Origin: Thermodesulfovibrionales bacterium
Lineage (GTDB): Bacteria; Nitrospirota; Thermodesulfovibrionia; Thermodesulfovibrionales; SM23-35
Assembly (NCBI GenBank): GCA_041658585.1
Contig: JBAZZX010000005.1
Coordinates: 17,226 to 81,225, forward strand
Direction: 5' to 3'
Length of the DNA stretch: 64,000 bases
The notes under the pieces were generated by a model. That model saw only the letters and a program-made list of their open reading frames with translations. It was not told the DNA's origin and did no database searches. A program made the translations under genes and the position numbers. This document shows, piece by piece, positions 9,220 through 18,047 of this stretch (positions are counted from its first letter, which is position 1; the number at the start of each line of letters is the position of its first letter).

Positions 9220-10506
9220 CTATTTGTTCATCTTCTCAAGAAAGTCTTTATTGCTCTTTGTGCCCATAAGTTTGCCGAGAAGGAACTCCATACTTTCAAC
9301 CGTGCTCAGCGGGGTCAATACCTTTCTCAGGATCCACATCTTGTTGAGGACTTCTTTGTCCACAAGAAGCTCTTCTTTCCTTGTGCCCGAGGCATTGATG
9401 TCTATGCTCGGGAATATCCTCTTGTCTACAAGCTTCCTGTCGAGGTGGAGTTCCATATTGCCGGTCCCCTTGAACTCTTCAAAGATAACGTCATCCATTC
9501 TGCTGCCGGTGTCAACCAGGGCTGTCGCTAATATGGTAAGGCTTCCGCCGGTTTCTATATTTCTTGCAGTGCCGAAAAATCTTTTCGGCCTCTGGAGGGC
9601 GTTTGAATCAAGTCCTCCTGAGAGTACCTTGCCGCTTGCAGGTATAACTGCGTTATAAGCCCTTGCAAGCCTCGTTATACTATCAAGAAGGATTACAACA
9701 TTGCGTTTGCATTCTACAAGGCGTTTGGCCCTTTCAATGACCATTTCGGATACCTGACAGTGTCTCTGCGGCGGCTCGTCGAATGTCGAACTTATTATCT
9801 CGGCTGCCGGCACCTGTCTTTTCCAGTCGGTCACCTCTTCAGGCCTTTCATCGATCAGCAATATCATGAGGTGAATATCACGATGGTTTTTCTTGATCGC
9901 CTTGGCTATAGATTGCAGGAGCATGGTTTTTCCGGTTCTCGGAGCTGCAACGATCATACCCCTCTGTCCCATACCGATCGGCGACGTAAGGTCCATGACC
10001 CTTGTCGAAAAATCGTGCTGGTCATATTCAAGCTTCATTTTTTCAGTCGGGTAGTACGGGATGAGGTTATCGAATAACGGCCTGTTTACATTATCTTCAG
10101 GCGACTCATGGTTTATCGCCTCGACTTTCAGGAGGGCAAAATACCGCTCACTCTCTTTTGGAGGCCTGATCTGACCGGAGACAAGGTCGCCGGTTCTAAG
10201 GGTGAATCTCCGGATTTGTGATGGAGATACGTATATATCGTCAGGCCCGGGGAGGTAGCTGTAGTCCGGAGACCTCAGAAATCCGAATCCGTCGGGAAGG
10301 ATTTCGAGCACTCCCGCGGAAAACACATACCCCGTCTTTTCCGTCTGGGCCTGCAGGATTGCAAAGATGAGGTCCTGTTTCCTCAGGCCGGCGGCGCCTT
10401 CCACATTGAGATCTCTTGCAAATTCGGTCAGTTCATCAATAGTCCTTTCCTTGAGCGCGGAAATGGGCATATTCTCAGTCATAATACTTTTTTTTGGGCT
10501 ATCCAT
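9220..10506 (-). CDS. rho: transcription termination factor Rho
   Basis: The N-terminal RNA-binding part ([14 protein letters not shown]), the Walker A motif (APPRTGKT-like [11 protein letters not shown]) and the C-terminus align by eye with Rho. The start may be one of the internal Met codons (M9/M13). Confidence 0.95.
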   Translation of the reverse strand: MDSPKKSIMTENMPISALKERTIDELTEFARDLNVEGAAGLRKQDLIFAILQAQTEKTGYVFSAGVLEILPDGFGFLRSPDYSYLPGPDDIYVSPSQIRRFTLRTGDLVSGQIRPPKESERYFALLKVEAINHESPEDNVNRPLFDNLIPYYPTEKMKLEYDQHDFSTRVMDLTSPIGMGQRGMIVAAPRTGKTMLLQSIAKAIKKNHRDIHLMILLIDERPEEVTDWKRQVPAAEIISSTFDEPPQRHCQVSEMVIERAKRLVECKRNVVILLDSITRLARAYNAVIPASGKVLSGGLDSNALQRPKRFFGTARNIETGGSLTILATALVDTGSRMDDVIFEEFKGTGNMELHLDRKLVDKRIFPSIDINASGTRKEELLVDKEVLNKMWILRKVLTPLSTVESMEFLLGKLMGTKSNKDFLEKMNK

Positions 10507-10670
10507 TGTAAACTCCTATCAGGATTTTCTTCTCGGTGGTTTTTTGTAACCCGGTAGGACTTAGCCCTATCCAGGAAGGTTTATACGATTACTAATCGAA
10601 GATTTATCTTTTCATACCATACAAAAAGCCGGCGGAATTTGTCAATACCCTAAATGTTACTGCTTAAATT

Positions 10671-10893
10671 CTAACCCAAATTATTCACAAATTTTTCTGA
10701 TTGAACCGAGGATAGAATATTTTCGCTTTCTCCTCGGCGAATCCGCCTGAGGCGGACATTCTCGGTCGTTCCTCCCTGCGAGGCTTTTGCCTCTCTATTT
10801 TCACATACTATAATTTGACTATCGGCAAAAAAACCGCTCAAATACTCTATCCTCGGTTGCTGTTGCAGTTTTATGAATAATCAGGGCTAAGGG
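10671..10893 (-). repeat. MITE-like palindromic element, family 1, copy A (inverted relative to copies B and C)
   Basis: 223 bp. Its reverse complement aligns along its whole length with 59077-59283 and 63461-63680. Ends are inverted (ctaacccaaattattcac ... ttatgaataatcagggctaag), with a nested second stem GAGGATAGAGTATT / AATATTCTATCCTC. Confidence 0.85.
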
Positions 10894-10957
10894 CTTTATT
10901 AATGCGTTATTTTAATCATATAATACAGATCGACCTTATTGAAAGGGGGTTTAGTTA

Positions 10958-11695
10958 ATGCAGGAGATGCTGAAAACAGAGGACCTTTGGGTCTCCGTAG
11001 GAGACAGACAGGTGCTTAAAGGCGTAAATTTTTCTATGCATTACGGCGAAATAAATGTGCTCTTCGGACCGAACGGGGCCGGAAAAACAACTTTTATGAT
11101 GACACTGATGGGGTTCCCCAAATACAGGATCGAACAGGGGAAGATTTATTTCAAGGGAGAAGATATAACCGGCAAGGACTTGTATGAAAGGGCCAAGCTC
11201 GGCCTTGGTATTTCTTTTCAGAGACCCCCGACGGTAAAGGGCGTCAGTCTGAAAAAGATGCTAGAAATAATAAAGAACAACGGCACGGACAAGGAGCGCC
11301 TCAAGGAGAATATCGAAAAGCTGAATCTTTCGGAACACCTTGAAAGAGGGCTTAACGACGGCTTTTCCGGGGGTGAGATGAAGCGGTCGGAGTTGCTTCA
11401 GTTGATGGTCCAGCGGCCCGACCTTGTGCTTATTGATGAACCGGAATCCGGCGTTGACATCGAAAATATTGCCCTGGTCGGCGAGGCCATTAATGCCCTT
11501 TTAGGGAAAGACAAGGTAAAAGACCAAAAAAGAGGCGCCATAATAATCACACATACGGGGTATATCCTCGATTTTGTGAATGCGGACAAGGGCTTTATAA
11601 TATTTGACGGGAATCTGCTCTGCAGGGGCAATCCAAGGGACATCCTATCCGAGATAAAAAAGTACGGATACAGGAGGTGTGCGGAATGCCGATAA
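10958..11695 (+). CDS. sufC: Fe-S cluster assembly ATPase SufC
   Basis: ABC ATPase with GPNGAGKTT Walker A, LSGGEMKR-like signature (FSGGEMKRSE) and LIDEPESG Walker B. It is followed by a SufB/D-family gene. Confidence 0.9.
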   Translation: MQEMLKTEDLWVSVGDRQVLKGVNFSMHYGEINVLFGPNGAGKTTFMMTLMGFPKYRIEQGKIYFKGEDITGKDLYERAKLGLGISFQRPPTVKGVSLKKMLEIIKNNGTDKERLKENIEKLNLSEHLERGLNDGFSGGEMKRSELLQLMVQRPDLVLIDEPESGVDIENIALVGEAINALLGKDKVKDQKRGAIIITHTGYILDFVNADKGFIIFDGNLLCRGNPRDILSEIKKYGYRRCAECR

Positions 11696-12936
11696 GTCAA
11701 TCATATCTCAGGGAAATAGAGGAGAAGGCGCTCAAGGCTGTTGATAAAAAAGCCCTCTACGGTCCCGACATTGACATTTCAAAATACACGCAGCATATCG
11801 AACGGGGGAAGATAGAGAGCCTCGAAGACCTCTCCAGGCAGGCGCAGGAAGCCGCCATTGTGACCGGTATCAATCTGAAGGAAGAACAGAGGGCAGGTTC
11901 TTATATGCAGATCGACCAATCGGTTGTTTATGAAAGTCTGAGCAAGTCTTATGAAGGGCAGCTCGAAATAATGAGCACTACCGACGCCTTGAATAAATAC
12001 GACTGGATGGAGGATTATTACTGGAAGGCCGTTCCTGTTGACCAGGATAAATATACCGCGCAAGCAGCCCTGAACATGACCCACGGCTATTTCATAAGGG
12101 TGTTCCCCAACCAGAAACCGCAGTATCCGGTGCAGTCATGCCTTCTGGTGGCTGAAAATTATGTCAGCCAGAATGTTCACAATATCATCATTGTGGAAGA
12201 GGGAGCTGAACTGCAGGTTATTACCGGATGCACTTTGTCGAAAAACGATGCGGAAGGTATCCACCTCGGCATCTCCGAGTTCTATGTAAAGAAAGGCGGA
12301 AAACTCTTTTTTACTATGATCCATAATTGGGCCGAAAATTTCCATGTGCGGCCAAGGACAAAGATCGTTGTCGAGGAAGACGGATCCTTTATTAATAACT
12401 ACGTGCTTATGAAACCGGTTAAATCTATCCAGTCTTTCCCTGTTGCCCATTTAAAAGGAGACCGGGCCTCTGCAAAATTCAATACGGTTGTCTATGGACT
12501 GAAGGACTCATACATCGATCTCGGCTCAAGGATCATTCTTGAAGGCGAGGATACAAGAGGCGAATCCATTGCCAGGACTATAGCCGCCGATGAAAGCGTC
12601 ATTTATTCAAGAGGAGACCTGATAGCAAAAACAAAAGGGTATTGCCTTGCCCACCTTGACTGCAGAGGGATCGTGTTTTCCCAAAAGGGAAAGATATTCG
12701 CAATCCCGGAGCTTGTATCCGAAGGCGCAATGAAAGCGGAACTTTCGCATGAAGCCTCTATCGGACCGATTGCGGAAGAGCAGGTCGAGTATCTGATGTC
12801 GCGGGGAATCTCAAAAGAGGACGCCGTCTCCGTCATCACCTCCGGATTTCTGAATCTCGATATTCCTTACATACCCGAGTTTCTCGACAAGAATATCAAG
12901 GAGGTCATCAAGGCTACGGCTAAAGACGCTCTTTGA
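11686..12936 (+). CDS. Fe-S cluster assembly protein, SufB/SufD family
   Basis: Beta-helix SufBD-type C-terminal region (..HLDCRGIV..SHEASIGPIAEEQVEYLMSRGISKEDA). Start set to the ATG at 11686, overlapping the sufC stop. Confidence 0.8.
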   Translation: MPISQSYLREIEEKALKAVDKKALYGPDIDISKYTQHIERGKIESLEDLSRQAQEAAIVTGINLKEEQRAGSYMQIDQSVVYESLSKSYEGQLEIMSTTDALNKYDWMEDYYWKAVPVDQDKYTAQAALNMTHGYFIRVFPNQKPQYPVQSCLLVAENYVSQNVHNIIIVEEGAELQVITGCTLSKNDAEGIHLGISEFYVKKGGKLFFTMIHNWAENFHVRPRTKIVVEEDGSFINNYVLMKPVKSIQSFPVAHLKGDRASAKFNTVVYGLKDSYIDLGSRIILEGEDTRGESIARTIAADESVIYSRGDLIAKTKGYCLAHLDCRGIVFSQKGKIFAIPELVSEGAMKAELSHEASIGPIAEEQVEYLMSRGISKEDAVSVITSGFLNLDIPYIPEFLDKNIKEVIKATAKDAL

Positions 12937-12991
12937 TACGCATAGAAGTAACTATCGGTTGTATAACATGAAAGGCAGGAGGTAGCTGCGG

Positions 12992-15493
12992 TTGGAAGAA
13001 AAATATAATCCTCAGACGGTTGAACTGAAATGGCAGAAATACTGGGCGGACAGGAAGCTCCATGCAACGGAGACTGCTTCCACCCGGGAGGGTTTTTACT
13101 GCCTTGAGATGTTCCCCTATCCGTCCGGGGAGATTCACATGGGACATGTCAGGAACTATTCCATCGGAGATGTGATTGCGCGGTACAAGAGAATGCGCGG
13201 TTACAATGTCCTTCATCCCATGGGTTGGGATTCCTTCGGCCTTCCTGCTGAAAATGCCGCCATAAAACACGGCGTGCACCCTTCCAAATGGACGCACAAA
13301 AACATCGAAAATATGAAGAAGCAGCTTAACAGGATGGGACTCAGCTATGACTGGGACCGGGAAGTCACCACCTGTAAACCTGAGTATTATAGATGGAACC
13401 AGTGGTTTTTCATCAAAATGCTTGAAAAGGGACTTGCATACAGGAAATTTTCCTTTGTAAACTGGTGTCCTTCCTGCGCCACCGTCCTTGCCAATGAGCA
13501 GGTGATAGATGAGAAGTGCTGGCGGTGCGACAGCGCCGTTATACAAAAGAAGCTCGAACAATGGTTTTTCAGGATCACTCACTATGCGGAAGAACTTCTT
13601 CAAGCCTGTGATGAACTTAAGGGATGGCCTGAAAAGGTCGTCCTTATGCAGAAAAACTGGATCGGTAAAGGCGAGGGCGTAGAGGTTGATTTCCCGATCG
13701 ATGGGATGAATGAAAACCTCAGAATTTTTACAACCAGGCCTGATACCCTCTTTGGGGTCACCTTCATGTGCATTGCACCTGAACATCCCCTTACTGAAAA
13801 ACTGGTACCGGACAAAAGCAAACTTGAGGCCTTAAAGTTTAAATTCGGCAAGGAAACCGAAAAGCTCGGGCTCTTTACAGGCCGTTATGCCGTTAATCCG
13901 CTGAACGGAGATAAGGCGCCGGTGTATGTCGCTAATTTTGTCCTCATGGAATACGGAACAGGCGCCATCATGTCCGTGCCTGCCCATGACCAGAGGGACT
14001 TCGAGTTTGCAAATAAATATGAGATACCGATAAAAGAGGTTATTGTTTCCGAAGAAGAATGCAAAATGCAAAATGCAAAATGCAAAATTATGGAAGAAGC
14101 TTATGAAGACGAGGGGATACTTGTTGATTCAGGCCAATTCAGCGGACTGAAAAGCGACGTTGCCAAAAGAGAGATCATGAAATATATAGAAGAAAAGGGA
14201 CTCGGCAAAGCAACTATCAATTATAAACTGCGTGACTGGGGCATCTCGCGCCAGAGATACTGGGGTACGCCTATCCCGATAATCTACTGCGATACCTGCG
14301 GCGCGGTCCCGGTCCCGGAAAAAGACCTGCCCGTTATCCTTCCGGAAGATGTGAAGCTCACAGGAAAGGGCAGTTCGCCGCTCCTTGAATCCGGGGCTTT
14401 TCTGTATGCAGCCTGCCCGAAATGCGGGGCAAAGGCAAAACGCGAAACTGACACCATGGATACCTTTGTAGACTCTTCGTGGTATTTTATCAGGTACTGT
14501 TTCAGGAAGGGCGATATGGATTTGGTATCGGCGCTCCGGTCTTCCGAATCCGAACTAAAATACTGGATGCCAGTGGACCAGTATGTCGGCGGGGTTGAAC
14601 ATGCAGTACTCCACCTCCTCTATGCAAGGTTCTTCACAAGGATTGTCCGCGATCTCGGACTCATTGATATCAGCGAACCGTTTCGGAACCTTCTTACCCA
14701 GGGCATGGTCATAAAAGACGGCTCAAAGATGTCCAAATCAAAGGGCAATGTCGTCGATCCGAATTATCTCATTGAAAAGTACGGCGCCGACACATCAAGG
14801 TTGTTTTCTCTTTTTGCCGCTCCTCCCGAGAAAGATCTCGACTGGTCGGATAAGGGTGTCGAGGGCGCTTACAGGTTTTTAAACAGGCTGTGGGGGATTG
14901 CATATAAAAACCGGCTCAAAATTCTCGCCTCGGCGAGTCGCCCAAGGCGAGAAAATATAAAATGTAAAATAAACGACATCTCAAATCTCCGGCAGAGCGC
15001 CGCAGGCCTTTACCGCAAAACTCATCAGACGATCAGGAAAGTCACGACTGACATAGAGCGGGAATACCATTTTAACACCGCTATATCCGCCTTGATGGAA
15101 CTCGCAAATGAAATAACCGCATTTGAACCGGCTTCCGATGAAGACCTGTCAGTCCTGAAATTTTCCATTGAAAACCTTATATTGCTGCTTTCTCCCTTTT
15201 CACCCCATATAGCCGAAGAATTATGGGAGGCCGCTGGAAATAAACCGAGTGTCTTAGAACAATCGTGGCCTAAATGGGATGAAGAGGCTGCAAAGGAAGA
15301 AGCAATAGAAATGGTCGTGCAGGTCAACGGCAAGCTGAGAGCCAGGGTCATGATTTCGGCAGGCACGCCCGATGATGAGATGAAAAAGCTTGCGATGGAT
15401 GATCCGAGGATCAAAGAAATTATTGGCGATAAAGCTATTAAAAAGGTTATTGTAGTCAAAGGAAAATTAGTTAATATAGTAATCGGGGATTAG
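12992..15493 (+). CDS. leuS: leucine--tRNA ligase
   Basis: HMGH (PYPSGEIHMGHVRNY) and KMSKS motifs, 833 aa, TTG start. Confidence 0.97.
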   Translation: MEEKYNPQTVELKWQKYWADRKLHATETASTREGFYCLEMFPYPSGEIHMGHVRNYSIGDVIARYKRMRGYNVLHPMGWDSFGLPAENAAIKHGVHPSKWTHKNIENMKKQLNRMGLSYDWDREVTTCKPEYYRWNQWFFIKMLEKGLAYRKFSFVNWCPSCATVLANEQVIDEKCWRCDSAVIQKKLEQWFFRITHYAEELLQACDELKGWPEKVVLMQKNWIGKGEGVEVDFPIDGMNENLRIFTTRPDTLFGVTFMCIAPEHPLTEKLVPDKSKLEALKFKFGKETEKLGLFTGRYAVNPLNGDKAPVYVANFVLMEYGTGAIMSVPAHDQRDFEFANKYEIPIKEVIVSEEECKMQNAKCKIMEEAYEDEGILVDSGQFSGLKSDVAKREIMKYIEEKGLGKATINYKLRDWGISRQRYWGTPIPIIYCDTCGAVPVPEKDLPVILPEDVKLTGKGSSPLLESGAFLYAACPKCGAKAKRETDTMDTFVDSSWYFIRYCFRKGDMDLVSALRSSESELKYWMPVDQYVGGVEHAVLHLLYARFFTRIVRDLGLIDISEPFRNLLTQGMVIKDGSKMSKSKGNVVDPNYLIEKYGADTSRLFSLFAAPPEKDLDWSDKGVEGAYRFLNRLWGIAYKNRLKILASASRPRRENIKCKINDISNLRQSAAGLYRKTHQTIRKVTTDIEREYHFNTAISALMELANEITAFEPASDEDLSVLKFSIENLILLLSPFSPHIAEELWEAAGNKPSVLEQSWPKWDEEAAKEEAIEMVVQVNGKLRARVMISAGTPDDEMKKLAMDDPRIKEIIGDKAIKKVIVVKGKLVNIVIGD
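14060..14087 (+). repeat. perfect heptanucleotide tandem repeat (TGCAAAA x4) inside leuS
   Basis: Read directly: tgcaaaa tgcaaaa tgcaaaa tgcaaaa, encoding CKMQNAKCK in a variable linker of LeuRS. Confidence 0.9.
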
Positions 15494-16000
15494 ATGAAAA
15501 TTCAAAAGTTATATTATATATTGCTTGTTCTGTCCTGTAGTTTACTCCTTGTTTTGTTGGGTTGCGGCTATTCCCTCCATACCAAAGCCTCGCTTCCTTT
15601 TGATGCTATACGGATCGGCACGATTGAAAATAAAACACTTGAGCCAAAGCTGCAGGACGGGCTGAACCGGTCTTTAACCGGGGAGTTTCTGAAACAGGGG
15701 ATCACCGTTCAAAATAATGCAGGTTATAAACTTGAAGGGGTCATTCATAAATTTGAATTGCGGGTGCTTTCGGAAAAATCAGAGGTTGCTTCCGAATATG
15801 AAGTTACAATTAAAGGGGATTTCAGGCTTGTTGACCCTGCGGGAAAAATCAAAGAGTTCAAAAATATCGGCTCCCCGTTCATTGTCTCTTTCTATGGTTC
15901 AGGGAAGTTGAACGAGTTGATCGCGTATAAAGAACAGGCCTCGGAAAGGGCCTTGAAAGACATGGCAGCGGAGATTGTCGCAACCTTACTTTACCGATGA
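15494..16000 (+). CDS. lptE: LPS-assembly lipoprotein LptE
   Basis: Lipobox LLGCGY, size and position in the conserved leuS-lptE-holA order. Confidence 0.75.
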   Translation: MKIQKLYYILLVLSCSLLLVLLGCGYSLHTKASLPFDAIRIGTIENKTLEPKLQDGLNRSLTGEFLKQGITVQNNAGYKLEGVIHKFELRVLSEKSEVASEYEVTIKGDFRLVDPAGKIKEFKNIGSPFIVSFYGSGKLNELIAYKEQASERALKDMAAEIVATLLYR

Positions 16001-16911
16001 GCTACCAGGCGTTCCTTAATGAGATAGAAAAGGGTCTTCCGGCGCCGGTTTATCTTTTCTATGCATCGGACCCGTTCATCCTTAGAGAAGCTCTAAGCGC
16101 TGTCAAGAGCATTGTGCCGGAACCCGACCGTGATTTCAACCTTCATATATTCGATCTTGCTTCCACTGACGACGCCTTTTCCGTGCAGCAGATGCTGGAT
16201 GTGATGAATACCGTTTCTTTTTTCAGCGGGAGGCGTTTTACGGTCCTGATCGGAAATATTCAGAAGCTATCCAAGAAAGACCTCGAAAAAATCCATGATT
16301 ACGTCTCGTCTCCGGCGCCGAACTCGATTTTTGTGATGTTACATAACGGGGCATTCAAAAAAGACGGGAAGGCGAAATTCGATCTGCCGAAGCAGATACC
16401 CCTCGACATCAGAGAATCGGAGGTCCCCTTTTGGGTAAAACAGCGTGCGCTGATGAAGGGTTTTGAGATTACCGACGGAGCAACGAACTTTTTGATAGGC
16501 AATACAGGTACCGACCTCGGACTCCTTTCCTCTGAAATCGAAAAGATTTCAATGATCGGCAAAAAGAGGATCGACATAAATGATATAGCGGATATCGTTA
16601 CGGGGGGAAGACTCTACAATGTCTTCGACCTCGTGAGCGCCCTTAAGGCAAAAAACGCCGAAAAGGTTTTCAGGATATATAAAACTCTGAAAGAGACGTC
16701 GGATGATTATTCTCTTATTGGAGCGCTCAACTGGCAGTATGGTCGTGAACTTCACGCGAGCCTGGACGCGGCAGAAAACAACTCTTTCCTTCATATCTTT
16801 GAGCTTTTGAATACTGTTGATACCGACATCAAAAGCTCCGGGAGAAATTTCCCGCTGGAATATCTGTTGGTTAAGCTGCTCCGGCTGCGGGAACGTCAGA
16901 CTGCGGCTTAA
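15997..16911 (+). CDS. holA: DNA polymerase III subunit delta
   Basis: N-terminal PVYLFYASDPFILREAL delta-subunit pattern. Gene order follows leuS-lptE. Confidence 0.85.
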   Translation: MSYQAFLNEIEKGLPAPVYLFYASDPFILREALSAVKSIVPEPDRDFNLHIFDLASTDDAFSVQQMLDVMNTVSFFSGRRFTVLIGNIQKLSKKDLEKIHDYVSSPAPNSIFVMLHNGAFKKDGKAKFDLPKQIPLDIRESEVPFWVKQRALMKGFEITDGATNFLIGNTGTDLGLLSSEIEKISMIGKKRIDINDIADIVTGGRLYNVFDLVSALKAKNAEKVFRIYKTLKETSDDYSLIGALNWQYGRELHASLDAAENNSFLHIFELLNTVDTDIKSSGRNFPLEYLLVKLLRLRERQTAA

Positions 16912-17185
16912 CTGCGTTTACCTTCTTGGTAAGCCTCGATATGCTTCTTGAAGCCGTATTCTTGTGCATAACGCCTTTAGATGCCGCTTTGTCTATAGCC
17001 TTGATTGCATGAAGGAGCGCATTCCCGGCTGCCTCTTTACTGTTGGAAGCTAAGGCTGTTTCAACCTTCTTGACAACGGTCTTAACCGAGCTCTTTACTG
17101 ATTTATTGCGAAGATGTCCTTTTTCGGCCTGTCGTGCTCTCTTCATGGCAGACAGATTTTTCTTTGGTCTTGCTTTTGCCGGCAA
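16871..17185 (-). CDS. rpsT: 30S ribosomal protein S20
   Basis: KRARQAEKGHLRNKSVKSSVKT...IDKAASKGVMHKNTASR pattern of bS20. It overlaps holA convergently by 41 nt. Confidence 0.9.
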   Translation of the reverse strand: MPAKARPKKNLSAMKRARQAEKGHLRNKSVKSSVKTVVKKVETALASNSKEAAGNALLHAIKAIDKAASKGVMHKNTASRSISRLTKKVNAVKPQSDVPAAGAA

Positions 17186-17278
17186 TTTAAACCCTCCTTA
17201 TTGAATACGTAAGTATAAATCATACCATAAAATATAGTTATAAAATCAACCTCTATTTGAAGCCGGGTATGCATATCC

Positions 17279-17767
17279 CTAAATCTCCGCATCAACGCTC
17301 AAAAGCCAGTGACGTGCCGGGGTTTCCCGAATCTGTTGCAGTGCCTTCTCTGAAACCCAGTGCGAGTCCTCTTCCAGATTATAGAAATAGGTGTCGATTC
17401 CGAAGAATCCGTCAAGAAAATGGGTGATGACATGGAGCATCTTTGTCCTGAAGCCCTGGGGCATTTCCGACAAGTCATGCAGCGTGCTCACCCCTTCTTT
17501 CCCTAATTCTTCCATCAGTTTATTGACAATCCTCCGGTTTTCCAGTATCGCCTTGTTCAGCCTCTCTTCAAAATCCGGACTTGTAGCCGGAAGCGAAGTA
17601 TTTTCCGCTATGGTTATATGAGAGTACCTGACCAATTGATAACGTTCAAAAAATAGAAGGACCTTTTTTCTGGAAAACGCGAAATCCTCACCTTTTACAA
17701 GGAACTCATGAAGATAATGCGACTTTCCAAGATCGTCCTGCCTTGACAATATATCCTGATAGGGCAT
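17279..17767 (-). CDS. hypothetical protein (162 aa)
   Basis: Clean ORF with no family recognised. It borders the accessory region. Confidence 0.55.
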   Translation of the reverse strand: MPYQDILSRQDDLGKSHYLHEFLVKGEDFAFSRKKVLLFFERYQLVRYSHITIAENTSLPATSPDFEERLNKAILENRRIVNKLMEELGKEGVSTLHDLSEMPQGFRTKMLHVITHFLDGFFGIDTYFYNLEEDSHWVSEKALQQIRETPARHWLLSVDAEI

Positions 17768-17854
17768 ATTTATTACCTTTCCCCCGGTATTTCAAATACA
17801 TTATCAATAATCCCCTTTTTTTTCAAGAAAGAATCAGAATTATGTCAATAAAAC

Positions 17855-17965
17855 CTATTTGTCGAGAGGGCTTCTGACGCCGAGGATATTTTTTGTTGCC
17901 ACATGGGTGTAGATCATCGTGGTCTGGAGATTCTGATGACCAAGCAGCTCGTTGACATGTATAAT
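17855..17965 (-). pseudogene. 3'-terminal remnant of an IntI-type tyrosine recombinase
   Basis: The minus-strand frame reads (TAA) [36 protein letters not shown]. This covers the box II region with the catalytic Tyr, plus the GVRSPLD tail as in IntI1 (...YTHVLKVGGAGVRSPLD...). Nothing upstream of it is recombinase-like. Confidence 0.6.
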
Positions 17966-17980
17966 TTATCCTTATATAAT
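17952..17980 (+). promoter_or_regulatory. perfect consensus sigma-70 promoter (TTGACA-N17-TATAAT) facing the TM-HTH gene
   Basis: Read directly: ttgaca tgtataatttatcctta tataat. It lies at the truncation point of the recombinase remnant, on the opposite strand. Confidence 0.65.
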
Positions 17981-18047
17981 GCTTACAATAACAGAATAAG
18001 CATAAAAATAAATGTTCGGTCATCAGACATGATCAGAAAGCTATAGC

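Larger units (their letters stand above)
17824..18016 (+). repeat. 193-bp direct repeat DR-1 (recombinase 3' remnant + consensus promoter)
   Basis: Aligns without gaps to 20761-20953 (offset 2937 nt) with 5 substitutions by my alignment. Confidence 0.9.

Noticed and set aside
10896-10924. TTATTA-17-TATAAT as the sufC promoter; TTGCCT-16-TATAAT inside MITE copy A
   Set aside because: The -35 elements are weak, and the TATAAT inside the MITE is not conserved in the other copies. Without TSS data I prefer not to call either.
12920-13786. 288-aa ORF antisense to the 5' part of leuS
   Set aside because: It lies entirely within the strongly supported leuS gene on the opposite strand. The composition is low-complexity and no motifs are recognisable, so it is a typical shadow ORF.
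16871-16911. 41-nt convergent overlap of holA and rpsT as a sign of misassembly or a regulatory antisense arrangement
   Set aside because: Both ORFs are intact and their conserved parts do not overlap. Tail-to-tail overlaps of this size are common, so nothing more can be inferred.
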